From contig NC_068991.1 of the NCBI RefSeq assembly GCF_001194135.2, positions 43,015,227 through 43,079,226 of the forward strand: a DNA stretch of 64,000 nt, read 5' to 3'. This DNA comes from Octopus bimaculoides. Taxonomy: Eukaryota. This document shows, piece after piece, positions 51,511 to 63,580 of the stretch. The position numbers and the translations under genes were made by a program. The notes under the pieces are model-generated. The model was not told the DNA's origin and ran no database searches. It was given only the letters and a program-made list of their open reading frames with translations. The stretch's first letter is position 1, and each line of letters begins with the position of its first letter.

Positions 51511-53371
51511 ATAATAATAATTTAATAAGTTTGTTGCAAATCTACATGGTGCTAAGGAACTTGTAGCTAAGAAAGCAGTTATATTAAATTATCTTTCGTG
51601 TGTATTTTTTAATTGGCCAAAAGAAGTTGAGCTTGGCATAAATTGAACCATTTTAGAGCTCTGATATTACCTCAACTCTAATATTGTTTTATTGCTGATT
51701 AGATGACTGTTTCAGAAAAAAATACTTCTTAAGCCTGAAATCTCTTATCTTCATTGGCATACATCTTCTGGATAGAGCTTCCTATAATGTTTGTTCTGTG
51801 AGGATTATACAGAACAGTTTCTCCCCACTTGCTCCAAGCTCATATGAAACCTGACTTTTCAAGAAATGCTGAAGTGTTACAGTCACACCTTTCTGATCAA
51901 CATTAGTAAAGGATGTTAAATAGCTTCAACCCTGTACTGAAATCAGATAGCAATCTTTGTTTATTTGTGACTTACCTTGCTACTCTTCATAAAACCAAGT
52001 TATTGCTGTCGTTTATTCTAGATTACATTGCTAACACATGATTTTGGTGATAAACAGGTCAACTGATGCACTATCTTCTTAACAACTTCACAGAGTCTGT
52101 GTTTCCTGCTCTCATAATCCTATCATCAGTTCTGTGCTGTAGCCAGCCATATGCAAGGAACTTAGCTCTTTCTGGGTCACTTCTTGCTATAGTGGTTCTA
52201 TTATGAGAATGTCTTTGTATATCTAGGCATATAAAAAGACCTATTTCTGTGCAAGAGATGGAAAGGAAACTAAAAATTGCTGAAGCAAAGTTATGCAAGG
52301 ATCATTTCAGGATAATGAGAGTAACTTGCCTAGTTTCTGATACCAAATTGATAATTGTTATTGTGTCCTGCAGAAGAGTGTTCCATTCTTACTGCCTTAG
52401 ATTTTACTGCTCGATTGATTACCAAGGCAAAAGAGGAATTGCTTTAAATAGTCATGTCACTGAATTGAAATTTATTTGCTTGACAATTCTTGAAAATTTT
52501 TAGTCTGCTACAGTTAGTTTAGGATTCTGACAGGAAATTCTTTCCCAACATACTACAAGTCTAGAATAAGCACCAAATATTCTGAGAGAAAATTTCCTGT
52601 CTTTGAAAAATAATATAAAGTTAAGCAATAATCCTCTAGACATTTGCGGATTAACTTTATCATAATTTTGATAAAATAAAGTAATATTCAGTAACATTTT
52701 TTTTTTTTTTAACCACTATAACATGGCTGTTCTATAAAGAACAATGTCACTACATTTTAACCCCAAGGAAACATCTTTTCCAGCTGGTTAACAACACACA
52801 GCCTGTGTCCGATATATTGTGAGTAAGGGAGCAAATCATTCCCCTCCAGCTTGGTAAGACCAGTAGATCATGGTTTCTGGGTCTTCACCCTTCATTGGTA
52901 CTGGACACTTGCCTGTTAGAGATGGCAGTCAATCATACCTACTCATAATATATAAACAGAGAAGTGGCAGACAGCCACTGATCTCGTAACAAGCAAAGTA
53001 GCTAGTTCTAAAATTTCTAAACAAGTTACCATCTAGTATTGTTACTACTTATATCTCATTTAGAGATTTTAGAAGTAGCTACTTTGCTCCTTAGAGATTT
53101 TAAAACTAGCTACTTTCCTCCTAAAGTAATATTGTTTGATATTAAGCAACAGTTTATTTTAGTTTGAAATGTTTGTTTTTGTAAAGTTATATTTTGCTTG
53201 TTTGTATAATAGAATAGATGAATTAGTAGACACTTGAAAATTGTCATTTATTTTAACCATTAATAAATATATATTTCTCAAATTATCTTGTCAAACTAAT
53301 CCTTGATTATTTTTCTTTATATATATAATACTCTACATATTTCATCTCCATTCTGAATTTATATATTCCAG

Positions 53372-53548
53372 CCTGATGATGGGGCTGCTTCTGCTGCTGC
53401 TGCTGCAGGTGCTGATGGTGCAGGCAATGCTGCCCAGGCAGGGATGAATTCACTGGCTAGGCCACTAATACCTGGAGCTGAGAACATGATGAGTGAGATG
53501 CAGCGGAAACTGGCTGCAAGACGTGCCAAGACTGAGAACTCCTCACAG
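53372..53548 (+). CDS. ena: Ena/VASP gene, EVH2 exon with the F-actin-binding (FAB) motif
   Basis: Acceptor atattccAG and donor CAG|GTAAAA. 177 nt, phase 0/0. Encodes PDDGAASAAAAAGADG...NMMSEMQRKLAARRAKTENSSQ, similar to VASP/Mena LMEEMNAMLARRRKA. Confidence 0.92.
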
Positions 53549-55699
53549 GTAAAAATCATGTCAAGTAGCACAACTCAGTATGATAGAATGTACATTTTAG
53601 TTCTGTACAAAAGACTAAATCAAAATATTTCTAGTGAAAAATGATAGATAGTCAATACACAGAACGGTTTGTGTTGGAAATGTCACAAGTAGATTCATAT
53701 AGTTTCCACTCTCATAAACCAAGCCTAGAAAGTATACCCTATTCTTAAGCTTAACTGTCACTCACTGCAAAGTAAGAGTACTTAAAGTATTTTGGTTTTA
53801 CCTACATGAGATTTGCTTTTCTGGGAAATCTTATGTAGAAAAAGAAAATATTTGATTTGCGTATTTTGTAACTTTTTTCTTTCCTTTTCCATACCATTAT
53901 CCGCCATACCACCACTCAACTTGAGTTCAATTAATTTTGGTTGATTAACAATATGAACCTTCTGCCAAGCCATATTGAGCCAGTGTGGCAGAGAAGGCTT
54001 ATCAAACTAGTATGATCTCAAGCTCAAACTCATGGAGTGAACATACTGAGGCCTTCATCCTGCATTGGACTGAACATAGGCAATCCAATCCAATTTAACA
54101 ATATGAACAGTGATTGTTGTCATCAACAACATTATCATCAACATTTCTGCATGCTAGCATAATTAGATTGGGTGTTCTAGGATTTTATCTTCTGCAGTTG
54201 TAGATAGCAGAAACCTTTGTTACAGTTCACTACTTTTGTTACGTTGGATGAACTAACTAGACAGTTTGTAGTTAGACAGTTTAGTTTGCTTCAAGAATTT
54301 ATGGAACAACTTTCTAACCTACCAACCTATAGTATATCTTAACACATTATGATGGATGGCACTTCAATTTGGTGGTGGAGTGGGTCTTCCAAAGACACCG
54401 ACAGTGATCTAAAACATATCAACACTGGGGATTGACTTGTTCCAAAATAGCAAAGGATGGGTAATGTAAATAAGATCACATTGGTTTATTTCTTGACATT
54501 TTAAGCATGGGAATAAGGAACAAAACTATGCAGCTACAGTTGCATGGATTTTATAGTTCTGCAAATTTTACTTATTTACATTGTGATTGTAAATAAATTT
54601 AAGAATCAACTCTTTAGTTGCAAGTTCATATTCCATTTCAGGTATTTTGTTGTTTCTATTATAGTTGGAAAATAACATACCAGTCCTTGAGTAGCTGCAT
54701 GTAGTAGACTGTTATCTAGACTAAAAGAGGTTTAACCCACCCTGATATAACACAATGTTCTGAGGATGAGTGAGTTAAGAGTGCTGGAGTGGAAATAGCA
54801 CAAGACTAACCATCTTCAAAAAACAGGAATTGCTAATCTTGGTAGAAAAGGCTGAGAGAGGAGACAGTACATTAATGGACCAGAAGTTGAAGTACGTTGG
54901 GAAGTATTATGATATCAATCAGTCAAGTGGCTTTTACATATATAGAGCTACATTACCCAGTGTGTGCCTCTCTTTTGAAGGTAGTAAGTTGTGACTGCAG
55001 GAAATAGCAACCAAATCTCCCTCAAATTACAGCTTAACTATCTTCAGAAAGGAGGAATACATTGGGTAATGTAGTTTTAGACAGTCTTCAAAAAGAACAG
55101 AGCAAGAAAAGCAAAAATAAAAGGCTGCTCAACTGATTAAGCATGAAGTCACTCACCAGTACACTCTAACCTCTGGTCAACAGATGTGTTGTCTCCTCTC
55201 TTCACCTTTTCTACCGCTATTACAACAGTCTCTTACCACCTCCACTGAAGCATTCCTAATTCACTTATTACCCATCACTACCAACCTTGGGGTCAGCCTT
55301 AACCAGTAAGCTCAGGCCTTCCTCTGCAGATTGTTGAGCCTCTGGAACATCCTTGTTTATGTCTTCCCTTTGGCCATCAACTTACAAATGTTCAGGAGGG
55401 ACATTATAAGTTGAACTTAGTGGTCTTTGAAGGCCATAGGCACAGTCCCTTCCTTTAGACCTACAGAAATTAAATTTCAAAAAAATGTTCTTTAAGAAAC
55501 TTGTGGATTCATGAAAAGATTATTTTATATGAATTGTTTAAGCATGTTTCTTCATACCTCACCTCCTTTTTACAGTTTGCTATTGTAGAAATTAACAAAT
55601 ATTTTGTTAATTTTATTACACTAATTAAAATTTTTTTTTATTATTATAGCTTGGAAAAGTATAAACCTTGTTTAGCTAACTAACTTAAGGTGATCTATT

Positions 55700-56033
55700 G
55701 TGCCACATGGCTCAGTGGTTAGAGCGTCGGGCTCACAATCATGAGGTAATGAGTTCAATTCCTGAACTGAGCTGTGTGTTGTGTTCTTGAGAAAGACGCT
55801 TTATTTCATGTTGTTCCAGTTCACTCATCTGTACAAATGAATTGCAATGTCACTGGTGCCAAGCTGTATTGACCTTTACCTTTCCCTTGAATAACATTGG
55901 TTGCATGGAGAGGGGAGGCTGGCATGCATGGGCGACTGTTGGTCTTCCATAAACAACCTTGCCCAAACATGTGTCGCAGAGGGTAACTTTCTAGGTGCAA
56001 TTTATGACCAAAGAGGTTTTTTACCCTTTTACC
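55700..56033 (+). mobile_element. tRNA-headed SINE, family C
   Basis: Collinear with 51172-51510 (shared GGTCTTCCATAAACAACCTTGCCCA..GGGTAACTTTCTAGGTGCAAT). Confidence 0.88.
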
Positions 56034-56152
56034 AAATGACTTAAACTATTTCTAGTAGAAGTTACTGCTTTTAAAATGATTTTAGAAAGTACTTTGTTTT
56101 TATGAATAATACTCTGTCATTTCAAACTGTAATGTGTTATTTCCCATTCTAG

Positions 56153-56277
56153 GAAGCAGACAGCAGCTCATCTTCTCCTGAAGTTAAAAAGAGTAGGGAC
56201 AAGACTACAACCAATGGTAATGGGAACAAATTTAACCAAGCTCAGAATGGCTCAGAATCACCAAAAGTTACACAAAG
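56153..56277 (+). CDS. ena: Ena/VASP gene, Ser-rich EVH2 linker exon
   Basis: Acceptor ttcccattctAG and donor AAG|GTTTGT. 125 nt, phase 0/2. Encodes EADSSSSSPEVKKSRDKTTTNGNGNKFNQAQNGSESPKVTQR and joins both neighbouring exons in frame. Confidence 0.85.
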
Positions 56278-57461
56278 GTTTGTTGCTGGATATTGTGTTT
56301 CATTTTGATTTAAGACTTTTACACTTATACTCACATATTTGCCACAGCAGAATTCACATGGATAATTCAGCCTATATAGATAATTGCTATTTATTCTTGG
56401 ATCCCATTTTTTTTTAACAGTTAAACTGCTGCTTTTTTTTTTAATGATAACCTCTCTGTAACTGAGAAGTTGAAATAAGGTTGTATTTGAAGGTAGTCAT
56501 TTTCCTCTTCCTTGAACTGGAACTAACCAGAATTTAAAGAATACAAATTGACACTAATAATATTAGATTGCTGTTGGCCTAAATTTTAAGACTACTGGAT
56601 GTATATTGCATTGAGAACAGCCTTTATCAAAGTGATGTCCTTGTATATTTGTTGTGACTCAGTAGTTGGCTCTTTCAAATAAACTTATGTGGCTTCTTCA
56701 GGGCACAAAGATTGAATAGAGATGTGGAATATTAGTTTTATCATCCAGTGACAAAACAGGAGTTTCCAGAACTGTATAGTAGGCAACCGTTTTTCAGATG
56801 TGGACGTGGGCTCTGCTTGGTCTTTTTTTCAAGTCTTAAACAACATGCATTTACTTCAATTTGGAAGTAATTACATAAAAGGTATTCTTTTTGTCACCCC
56901 ATCTTCGCTCAAACCAGGATTCAACAAATGAGTGCAGCTTAAAGTCCTGATAGAAGCATTTATAATAATAAAAATTTAATTTCTTCTGTGTTCCAAATTT
57001 TTTTACATACAAAATGTTATTTTTATTTTTGTTATGAAGGATCAACCCTGTTGTTCCAGTACCGTAAGTTTTGTGAACTCATTTCCCTCCACTTCATTCC
57101 TTTAATGGTTTACTAGAATCTTACCCTTGCTTCATCATCTCGTCTAATCCTCCTGTAAAGTACTGAGGAGATATAAAGGAATAATAGAAATAAGTGTTTA
57201 CAATTTCCCTTAGAAAATTAAGTTATATTGGGAGTTTTAAGTTTATTACTTTTATTTATTAATTTTTTGAGTGTTCATACCAATAACTTCATAGACTTTC
57301 AAAAGCTGGGTAATGCATGTGAATTTCACATTCAATTTGAAATGTTGGAAGTTTGTTCAGAAGAGAAGCATTCTCTTTCTACCACTAAGTAGTAAATACA
57401 AAAGGCTGGAATGTAATGCCACAGAAGGAATTTGTCAGTTGATATTTGAAGGGAGGGTAAT

Positions 57462-57680
57462 AGCAGTAAGCTGGCAGAATCGTTAGCACACTGGACAATA
57501 TAGCTGGTGGAATTTCATCCATCTTTATGTTCTGAGTTCAAGTTCCACCAAGGTTGACTTTGCCTTTCATCCTTTCAGTGTTGGTAAAATAAGTACTAGT
57601 TGAACACTGGGTTTGATGTAATCAACATACTCCTGTCCTCAAAATTTCTGGCTTAGTGCCAAAGTTTGAAACTAATATTT
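57462..57680 (+). mobile_element. SINE family E (AGCTGGCAGAATCGTTAGC head)
   Basis: GCTGGCAGAATCGTTAGC..GTTCTGAGTTCAAG..GACTTTGCCTTTCATCCTTT..TAAAATAAGTAC. Decayed relatives near 27272-27400 and 59055-59200. Confidence 0.8.
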
Positions 57681-58091
57681 GGAGGAGGTTATAATGCAGA
57701 TGAGGGAATTTCAAATGAATGCTTTTAGTAAGAGTGTAGTTCATGAGTATCTTTATAATAGCACTAATTTCTTCCCATGAAGATTATAGAAAATAGCTTA
57801 TTTCTCGTATCAAAATCTCTTCATCTCTCTTGAATCCTTGAATCTCTTCAATCCCACACCTTTCTATTCTATCTCAAGCCTGTTGCCTAATAATGAATAA
57901 TCTATATATTTCTTTTCATCCTGCCTCTTTGAAATTCCTGACTACCTAACTACTATTATCATGAACAGCATAATAGCTGGACATGATTTCATAGAAAACT
58001 GCAAACAAATGACACTGCCTATATCACAAAGACACTCATTTTACAACTGTCACACAATATAAAGACAAAGTGATTCAAACATACTTACACA

Positions 58092-58137
58092 CAAGAAATT
58101 ATGGCATAGCATAATTATGCTATGCCATAATTTCTTG
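58092..58137. repeat. Perfect 46-bp spacerless palindrome
   Basis: CAAGAAATTATGGCATAGCATAA|TTATGCTATGCCATAATTTCTTG is its own reverse complement. Confidence 0.97.
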
Positions 58138-58339
58138 ATAAGCCTCAATTGCATACAAAATTTGAAGTTTGGTTTTAATTTCTCATTGAAGCCATTTATC
58201 CCTTTTATGAAACTAATAATTTTACTCCCTTATAGTTTAAACTTGGGCCTATGAGCAGGTTGATAGAGAAAGAAAGCTTTATAGTTAGCAGATGCACCAG
58301 AATAGTTAGCTGTGGTTAGCTTGGAAGGAAATTGTAAAA

Positions 58340-58770
58340 GTTTAGGTTACTGTGCTTCTACTGTTAACAAACGTATTATCTCTCTGACCGAAAGGCAGAT
58401 TGTATGATGCTTGCATACAAAGTGCATTGTTGCATGGTAGTGAAAACATGAGCATTGAATGTGGGTGATGTATGAAGGCTGGAATGAAATGAGGTAACCA
58501 AGCTTTGCTGGATGGGTACTGTTTAGTGTGTTTGAATGACAGTGCACAAATGGACTGAATCTAAGAAGAATCAGATGTAGCGAGAAAGAGAGGAGACTGC
58601 ACTGGTATGGACACGAGATGTGTATGGAAGGTGATAGTTGGGCGAAGAAGTGCCAAGCTATAAAAGTAAAAGGAACCTGAGGAAAAGATGGCAAGAATTA
58701 GTGAGAGTTGATCTTGGGATTTTGAATTTCACAAGGGAGATCTCAAGAGGCTACTGCAGCATAGTGTGCT
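58340..58770 (+). mobile_element. RTE-clade LINE 3' fragment
   Basis: Reads RRLHWYGHEMCMEGDSWAKKC...KGT*GKRWQELVRVDL, similar to the RTE ORF2 C-terminus RLRWxGHVxRM...W...DL. Confidence 0.75.
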
Positions 58771-61266
58771 GGAGAAAATTATCATTTATGTGAAGTCATC
58801 AAGTAAACCAAAGATAATAGCTAAGCAAGAGTTAACATATTTAATGCAGAGAGCATTGAATGTTAATAAGTAGTAGTTACACAGCAAAGTCTGGGAGATA
58901 ACTCTAGATATGCTCCTGTTTGATTACTTATCAGTGATTCATAGACTTCATTGTACTTTCAAGCAAGGATAGTTTATACAGTTTAGATATGGTTAAATCA
59001 CATGTATTACAACATTGAGTGGTTTTATTACCAGTAATAATGATCAAGGCACTGCATTAGCAGAATCAGTAGAGCAGTAGACAAAATACCTTGCAATATG
59101 TAATTGCATGCCTATACATTCTGAGTTCAAATCCCACCAAACTGAGATCAATGTAATCAACTGTTCTATCCCTGTAACTGTATGACCTAATGTCTATGTA
59201 AGAAACTATTATTATTGATAATGATAGTGGCAGCATCACAACTGTGAAAATATGCACTTAGTAAATAACTGACTGAGATGCCTTATATGTAATTTGGTGC
59301 TTCATTATTCCCAGTTCAAATCCTTCTTGAAACCAATATGCTGGGAGATGTACTCAGTCAACACCTCTCACTATAAAATTAACTTTGTGTCAAAGAAAAA
59401 TCTTTTCTAAAGCATGTATCTAAGATTCCAACTAAAATTTAATCATTTATTATTATTATTTATTATATTCTTCTATCATCAATTTTCTTTTGACTGATTT
59501 CATTTTACACATTTACAAGTCATAGTTTAATTATTGACATCAGACAGTTTAAAGCTTTCAGTATTCTACGTTCTCCAAACATCATTTTTTAAATTTATTT
59601 ATCTATTTTAATCTTTGTAAAATTGGATATTGCTTAATGGATTGACACTACTAGTTGTACCTAATAGATATGTAGTTATGTTCTTCACAAAAAAACAGAC
59701 TTGGAGATCTTGTTCATTGGAATAATGTATTTGTGAGTGAGATTTCTTTATAGATGAAATACTACCACTATTCCTGTTTCTGCTAGAGACCAATTAAAAC
59801 TCCCAAAAGAGAGGATAGTACAAATGAAGGAATGAATCCAGTCAGCTTACTGCACAAACTGATGTTTTTATAATGACGGTCTGACTGGCACTGATCAGGG
59901 TGAAAACCAGTATTAATGGCAAAGATTTGCAAAATCTGAATGTGTTAATTTATGGTCAGTTTGTAGATGCTGTAGGAGATGATATTACATATGTTGTAAT
60001 AAATGAGTTTACAATATGTTCCTGTATGCCATCTGTATGACTGGGAATTGTACATAAGATAAGGATCAAATGATGTGCACAAACAATGAATCCTATATCA
60101 GCAGATGACTTGAAAATCATATCTTGAATCACAGACCTTATTCCAATGGCCCAAGCTCTTTATGAGCCTGAGGAGGCTAACAGAAACCATTTCAGTATTT
60201 GGTGAGGAAGGGGTAGTTACTATATAGAGACTGGTTTCTGTTATGACCCAATGGGTTATAGAATATTTACTTCTTGTATTTATAGCATGAAGTATAGCTC
60301 TATGGATAAAGAGTCCACGGCTCTAATCTCTTGGGAATGAGGGAAAATAATTATATTATGTACTAATTGCATTTAACAGTTGGACAAGCCTTTTTAGATT
60401 TTTTTTTCATGTTCTCTTAAGAACTGATAAAAAAATATATATGAAAACATGAGGTTTGTTTAACTACATTTAGTACATAAAATAAAATTTTAAAAATTTT
60501 CTTTTGCAACAAGACTGTTGTGGATTTTATTTCTGCATAACTGCACCCCATATATTGCAGTGTTGTACTACACTGTATTATATTTTTTGAAGGCAAACAG
60601 CATGCATGGGAGGTAAGTTGCTAATAAACTGACTGTGTCCCAGTTTTAATTCAGCCATATTTTCACTTCATTTACTGAAGCTCCATGAGAGCATAGAAAT
60701 ATGGCAACTTCTATCGGTCCAATTGAAGTTATTTGAAATTGTCACCTATTAACAGATTGCTTTAAGTAAAAGTACAAATAAAACATAAGTCCTTTTGTTA
60801 ATGAGTCTGTTTAACCATACTTGTTGAGACAATAGTAAGGTTAATATAGTTGTTATTTGGTGTTAATTATTACAATGTAGTGATTGAACAAGACACATGG
60901 GCAGAGAGAGAATTCCACAAGGTTGCACTTCTGGAGAAGGACTAAATAGTTTACAGAACTGTCAATTGTGAATAACTGATTATTAACTGAAATAGAACAA
61001 TATAGTTCATATTTATTTAAAGGTATTTCAGAAAAAAAAAATTGGAAAAGAAAACCATAAAACATTAATTGAAACACATTCTAAAACTCCAATAGAAAAA
61101 ATGATAGAAATGGTGTAGAGAAGATTTAATGCCTTATTACTAGACTCCTAAATTATTGTAAATAAGTTTGGCTACTATGAGTCTATTCTATGGAAGTGTT
61201 CCACTTAGTGTTTGGCAGTTATAATAATGGAAGGATTTACAAGTTTAGCTAAAATTGATATACACT

Positions 61267-61495
61267 TTAACCCTTTAGCATTCCGATCACTCTGTCAAAT
61301 GTAATGCTTATTTAATTAGATTGTTTTGAATTAATCAAGCATTATCTCATAGCTTTGAGATTCCAAGGATATGACTGTTTATTTTTAGGGTGACATTGTA
61401 GGGTAGGTGTGAGAGGTTGGATCTGACCTGTTTGACCAATAAAATAAGTAGAATATTTTGGCCAGATCTGGCTGGCTTAAATGTTAAAAGTTTAA
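61267..61495 (-). mobile_element. piggyBac-type TTAA MITE
   Basis: TTAA-CCCTTTAGCATT ... AATGTTAAAAGT-TTAA. It is the reverse complement of the 63581-63799 copy over most of its length. Confidence 0.85.
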
Positions 61496-61696
61496 GTACA
61501 ATTGAGTGTAGATTATTATATTAGCAGAAGAGATAGACATTGTGCTTAAGATTTTCATTTACATATTGTCAGATATCATTATGTAAACCAGAGTATGTGT
61601 AAACAGAGGGAAGCTTTTATGACATTAAGGCTGTCCAAACTCCAGCACAAAAATATTATTTTTAAAAACAAAAATCTGTTTGTTTCTGTTTTTCAG

Positions 61697-61842
61697 ACAA
61701 AAGCTTTCCTTGACTGGTCAAGAAATTATCACTGTATCTAATGGTGGGGGCAACACATCCGGTGATTTTGAATTGCTGAAGCAGGAGATTGTTGCAGAAA
61801 TGAGAAGGGAACTGCAGAAAGTAAAACTTGATATTATTGATG
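61697..61842 (+). CDS. ena: Ena/VASP gene, tetramerisation coiled-coil exon
   Basis: Acceptor tgtttttcAG and donor G|GTAAGT. 146 nt, phase 2/1. Encodes QKLSLTGQE...SGDFELLKQEIVAEMRRELQKVKLDIID, matching the VASP tetramerisation pattern (DLxRxKQELLEEVxKELQKVKEEII). Confidence 0.95.
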
Positions 61843-61901
61843 GTAAGTTACTGATCACTTCTCTCAAACCTCATATTTACTTCTTACATCTACCTATATC
61901 A

Positions 61902-62281
61902 GTGGAGGCGCAATGGCCCAGTGGTTAGGGCAGCTGGCTTGCGGTCACAGGATTGCGGTTTCGATTCCCAGATCGGGCGTTGTGAGTGTTTATTGAGCGA
62001 AAACACCTAAAGCTCCACGAGGCTCCAGCAAGGGATGGTGGTGAACCCTGCTGTACTCTTTCACCACAGCTTTCTCTCATTCTTACTTCCTGTTTCTGTT
62101 GTGCCTGTAATTCAAAAGGTCAGCCTTGTCATGCTGTGTCACACTGAATATCCCCGAGAACTACGTTAAAGGTACATGTGTCTGTGGAGTGCTCAGCCAC
62201 TTGCACGTTAATTTCACGAGCAGGCTGTTCCGTTGATCGGATCAACTGGAACCCTCGACGGAGTGCCAACAACAACAACAA
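61902..62281 (+). mobile_element. tRNA-headed SINE, head type B, (CAA)n tail
   Basis: GTGGAGGCGCAATGGCCCAGTGGTTAGGGCAGC head, (CAA)n end and perfect 12-bp TSD CTACCTATATCA (61890-61901 and 62282-62293). Confidence 0.93.
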
Positions 62282-62439
62282 CTACCTATATCAATCATAA
62301 ACCTACTGTGTTCTTATCTTCTACTACTAAGGATCTACCTAATGTTTTCTGCTACCACTTTCTTAATTTGTTTTTTGCAGTAATATTAAAAGTTATGTAG
62401 GTATACTGTAAAGATGGTGGAAGTTTTTACCACTAACTA

Positions 62440-62790
62440 CCATCTTCAATACAATGGATCTACCTGGCTTATACAACTACCTCTATGGATTTACCTGATT
62501 TTACCTCCACTAACATAAACCATAACCAACATGCCTAACTTTTGCTGTCACGACCACCAACATAGACCTTCCTGGATCTACCTTGCTTTTACTATCATGA
62601 CCAACATAGACCTACTCTTCTTTTACCACCATATCCAACATGGACTTACCTGGCTTGACTTTTAACACCACTACTAACATGGATCTAACTGGCTTTTACA
62701 ACAACCAACATGGAACAACTGTTTTTTACCACCACGAGTACTGTGGACCAACCTGGCCTTTACTACCACAACCAATTCAAATCTACATGA
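62440..62790. repeat. Degenerate tandem repeat (ACCAACATGGAYYTACCTGGC..TTTTAC-like unit)
   Basis: ATGGATCTACCTGGC, ATGGATTTACCTGA, ATAGACCTTCCTGG, ATGGACTTACCTGGC and ATGGATCTAACTGGC recur at irregular 27-60 bp spacing. Confidence 0.7.
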
Positions 62791-62919
62791 TTCTGATCAC
62801 CATTGTGAAACTACCTATCATGTTTTATTTATTTATTTGTATATATATTAACAGATATGTGTGTACATGAAATATCAAGAAAAGGCAACAATCTTTTAAA
62901 AGTTTTCATAAATAATATT

Positions 62920-63274
62920 TATCTTTTATCCTTAGACTGTGACCATACTGGTATACTGCCTTGAAGAATTTTTGTGAAGCAAATCAACCCCAGTGCAATT
63001 TTTTTTTTTTAAGTGTGGTACTTATTTTATCGGTCTCTTTTACCAAACCACTAAGTTACAGAGACAAAATGAGACCAACACTGGTTGTCTAGTGGTGGTG
63101 GGGGACAAACACACATTTTATATTGATATATATACAACAGGCTTATTTCAGTTTCTGTCTACCAAATCCACTTGCAAGTCTTTGGTCAACCTGAAGTAGA
63201 AGACCCTTGCCTGAGGTGCCACACTGTGGGACTGAACCTGGAACCATGTGGTTGTGAAGCAAACTTCTCACCAT
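62920..63274 (-). mobile_element. SINE family A
   Basis: Reverse-complement match to family A head and tail; microsatellite centre nearly absent. Confidence 0.85.
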
Positions 63275-63379
63275 GTGATGGATGTTTTTGTTTCTTTATG
63301 TTTCAATAACCTGACCAAAAGCTATTTCTTGATCATACAGTCTAACTATTGCTATTTGGTTGATTAGAACGAATAGCAT

Positions 63380-63565
63380 ATCTTGTTTCGCCCTTTATGA
63401 GCCCCAATTGAGCAGAGCTATAGTCAAAGCCATTCCAGCCACAATCATGCTACCTTTTTCTGAAAGGAATAGATTATTAATGCTTTTCTTCTAATAGGGT
63501 GTAATTTGGAGGAGATATGGCTGCTATTTTTGGTAGGTCACGTGACCACATAGAAGCTGCCTTAG
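63380..63565 (+). mobile_element. Interspersed repeat family D
   Basis: GCCC..GAGCAGAGCTATAGTCAAAGCCATTCCAGCC..GGTGTAATTTGGAGGAGATATGGCTGCTATTT, homologous to 38790-38965. Confidence 0.65.
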
Positions 63566-63580
63566 TACCTGCAGTGATAT

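Noticed and set aside
52249-52320. AKLCKDHF resembling the THAP-domain CxxHF motif
   Set aside because: Only one short motif; no N-terminal CxxxC or downstream P-element transposase motifs found.
62340-62400. Alternative acceptor ttttttgcAG giving VILKVM* as a terminal exon
   Set aside because: No resemblance to Ena/VASP C-termini and no independent support.
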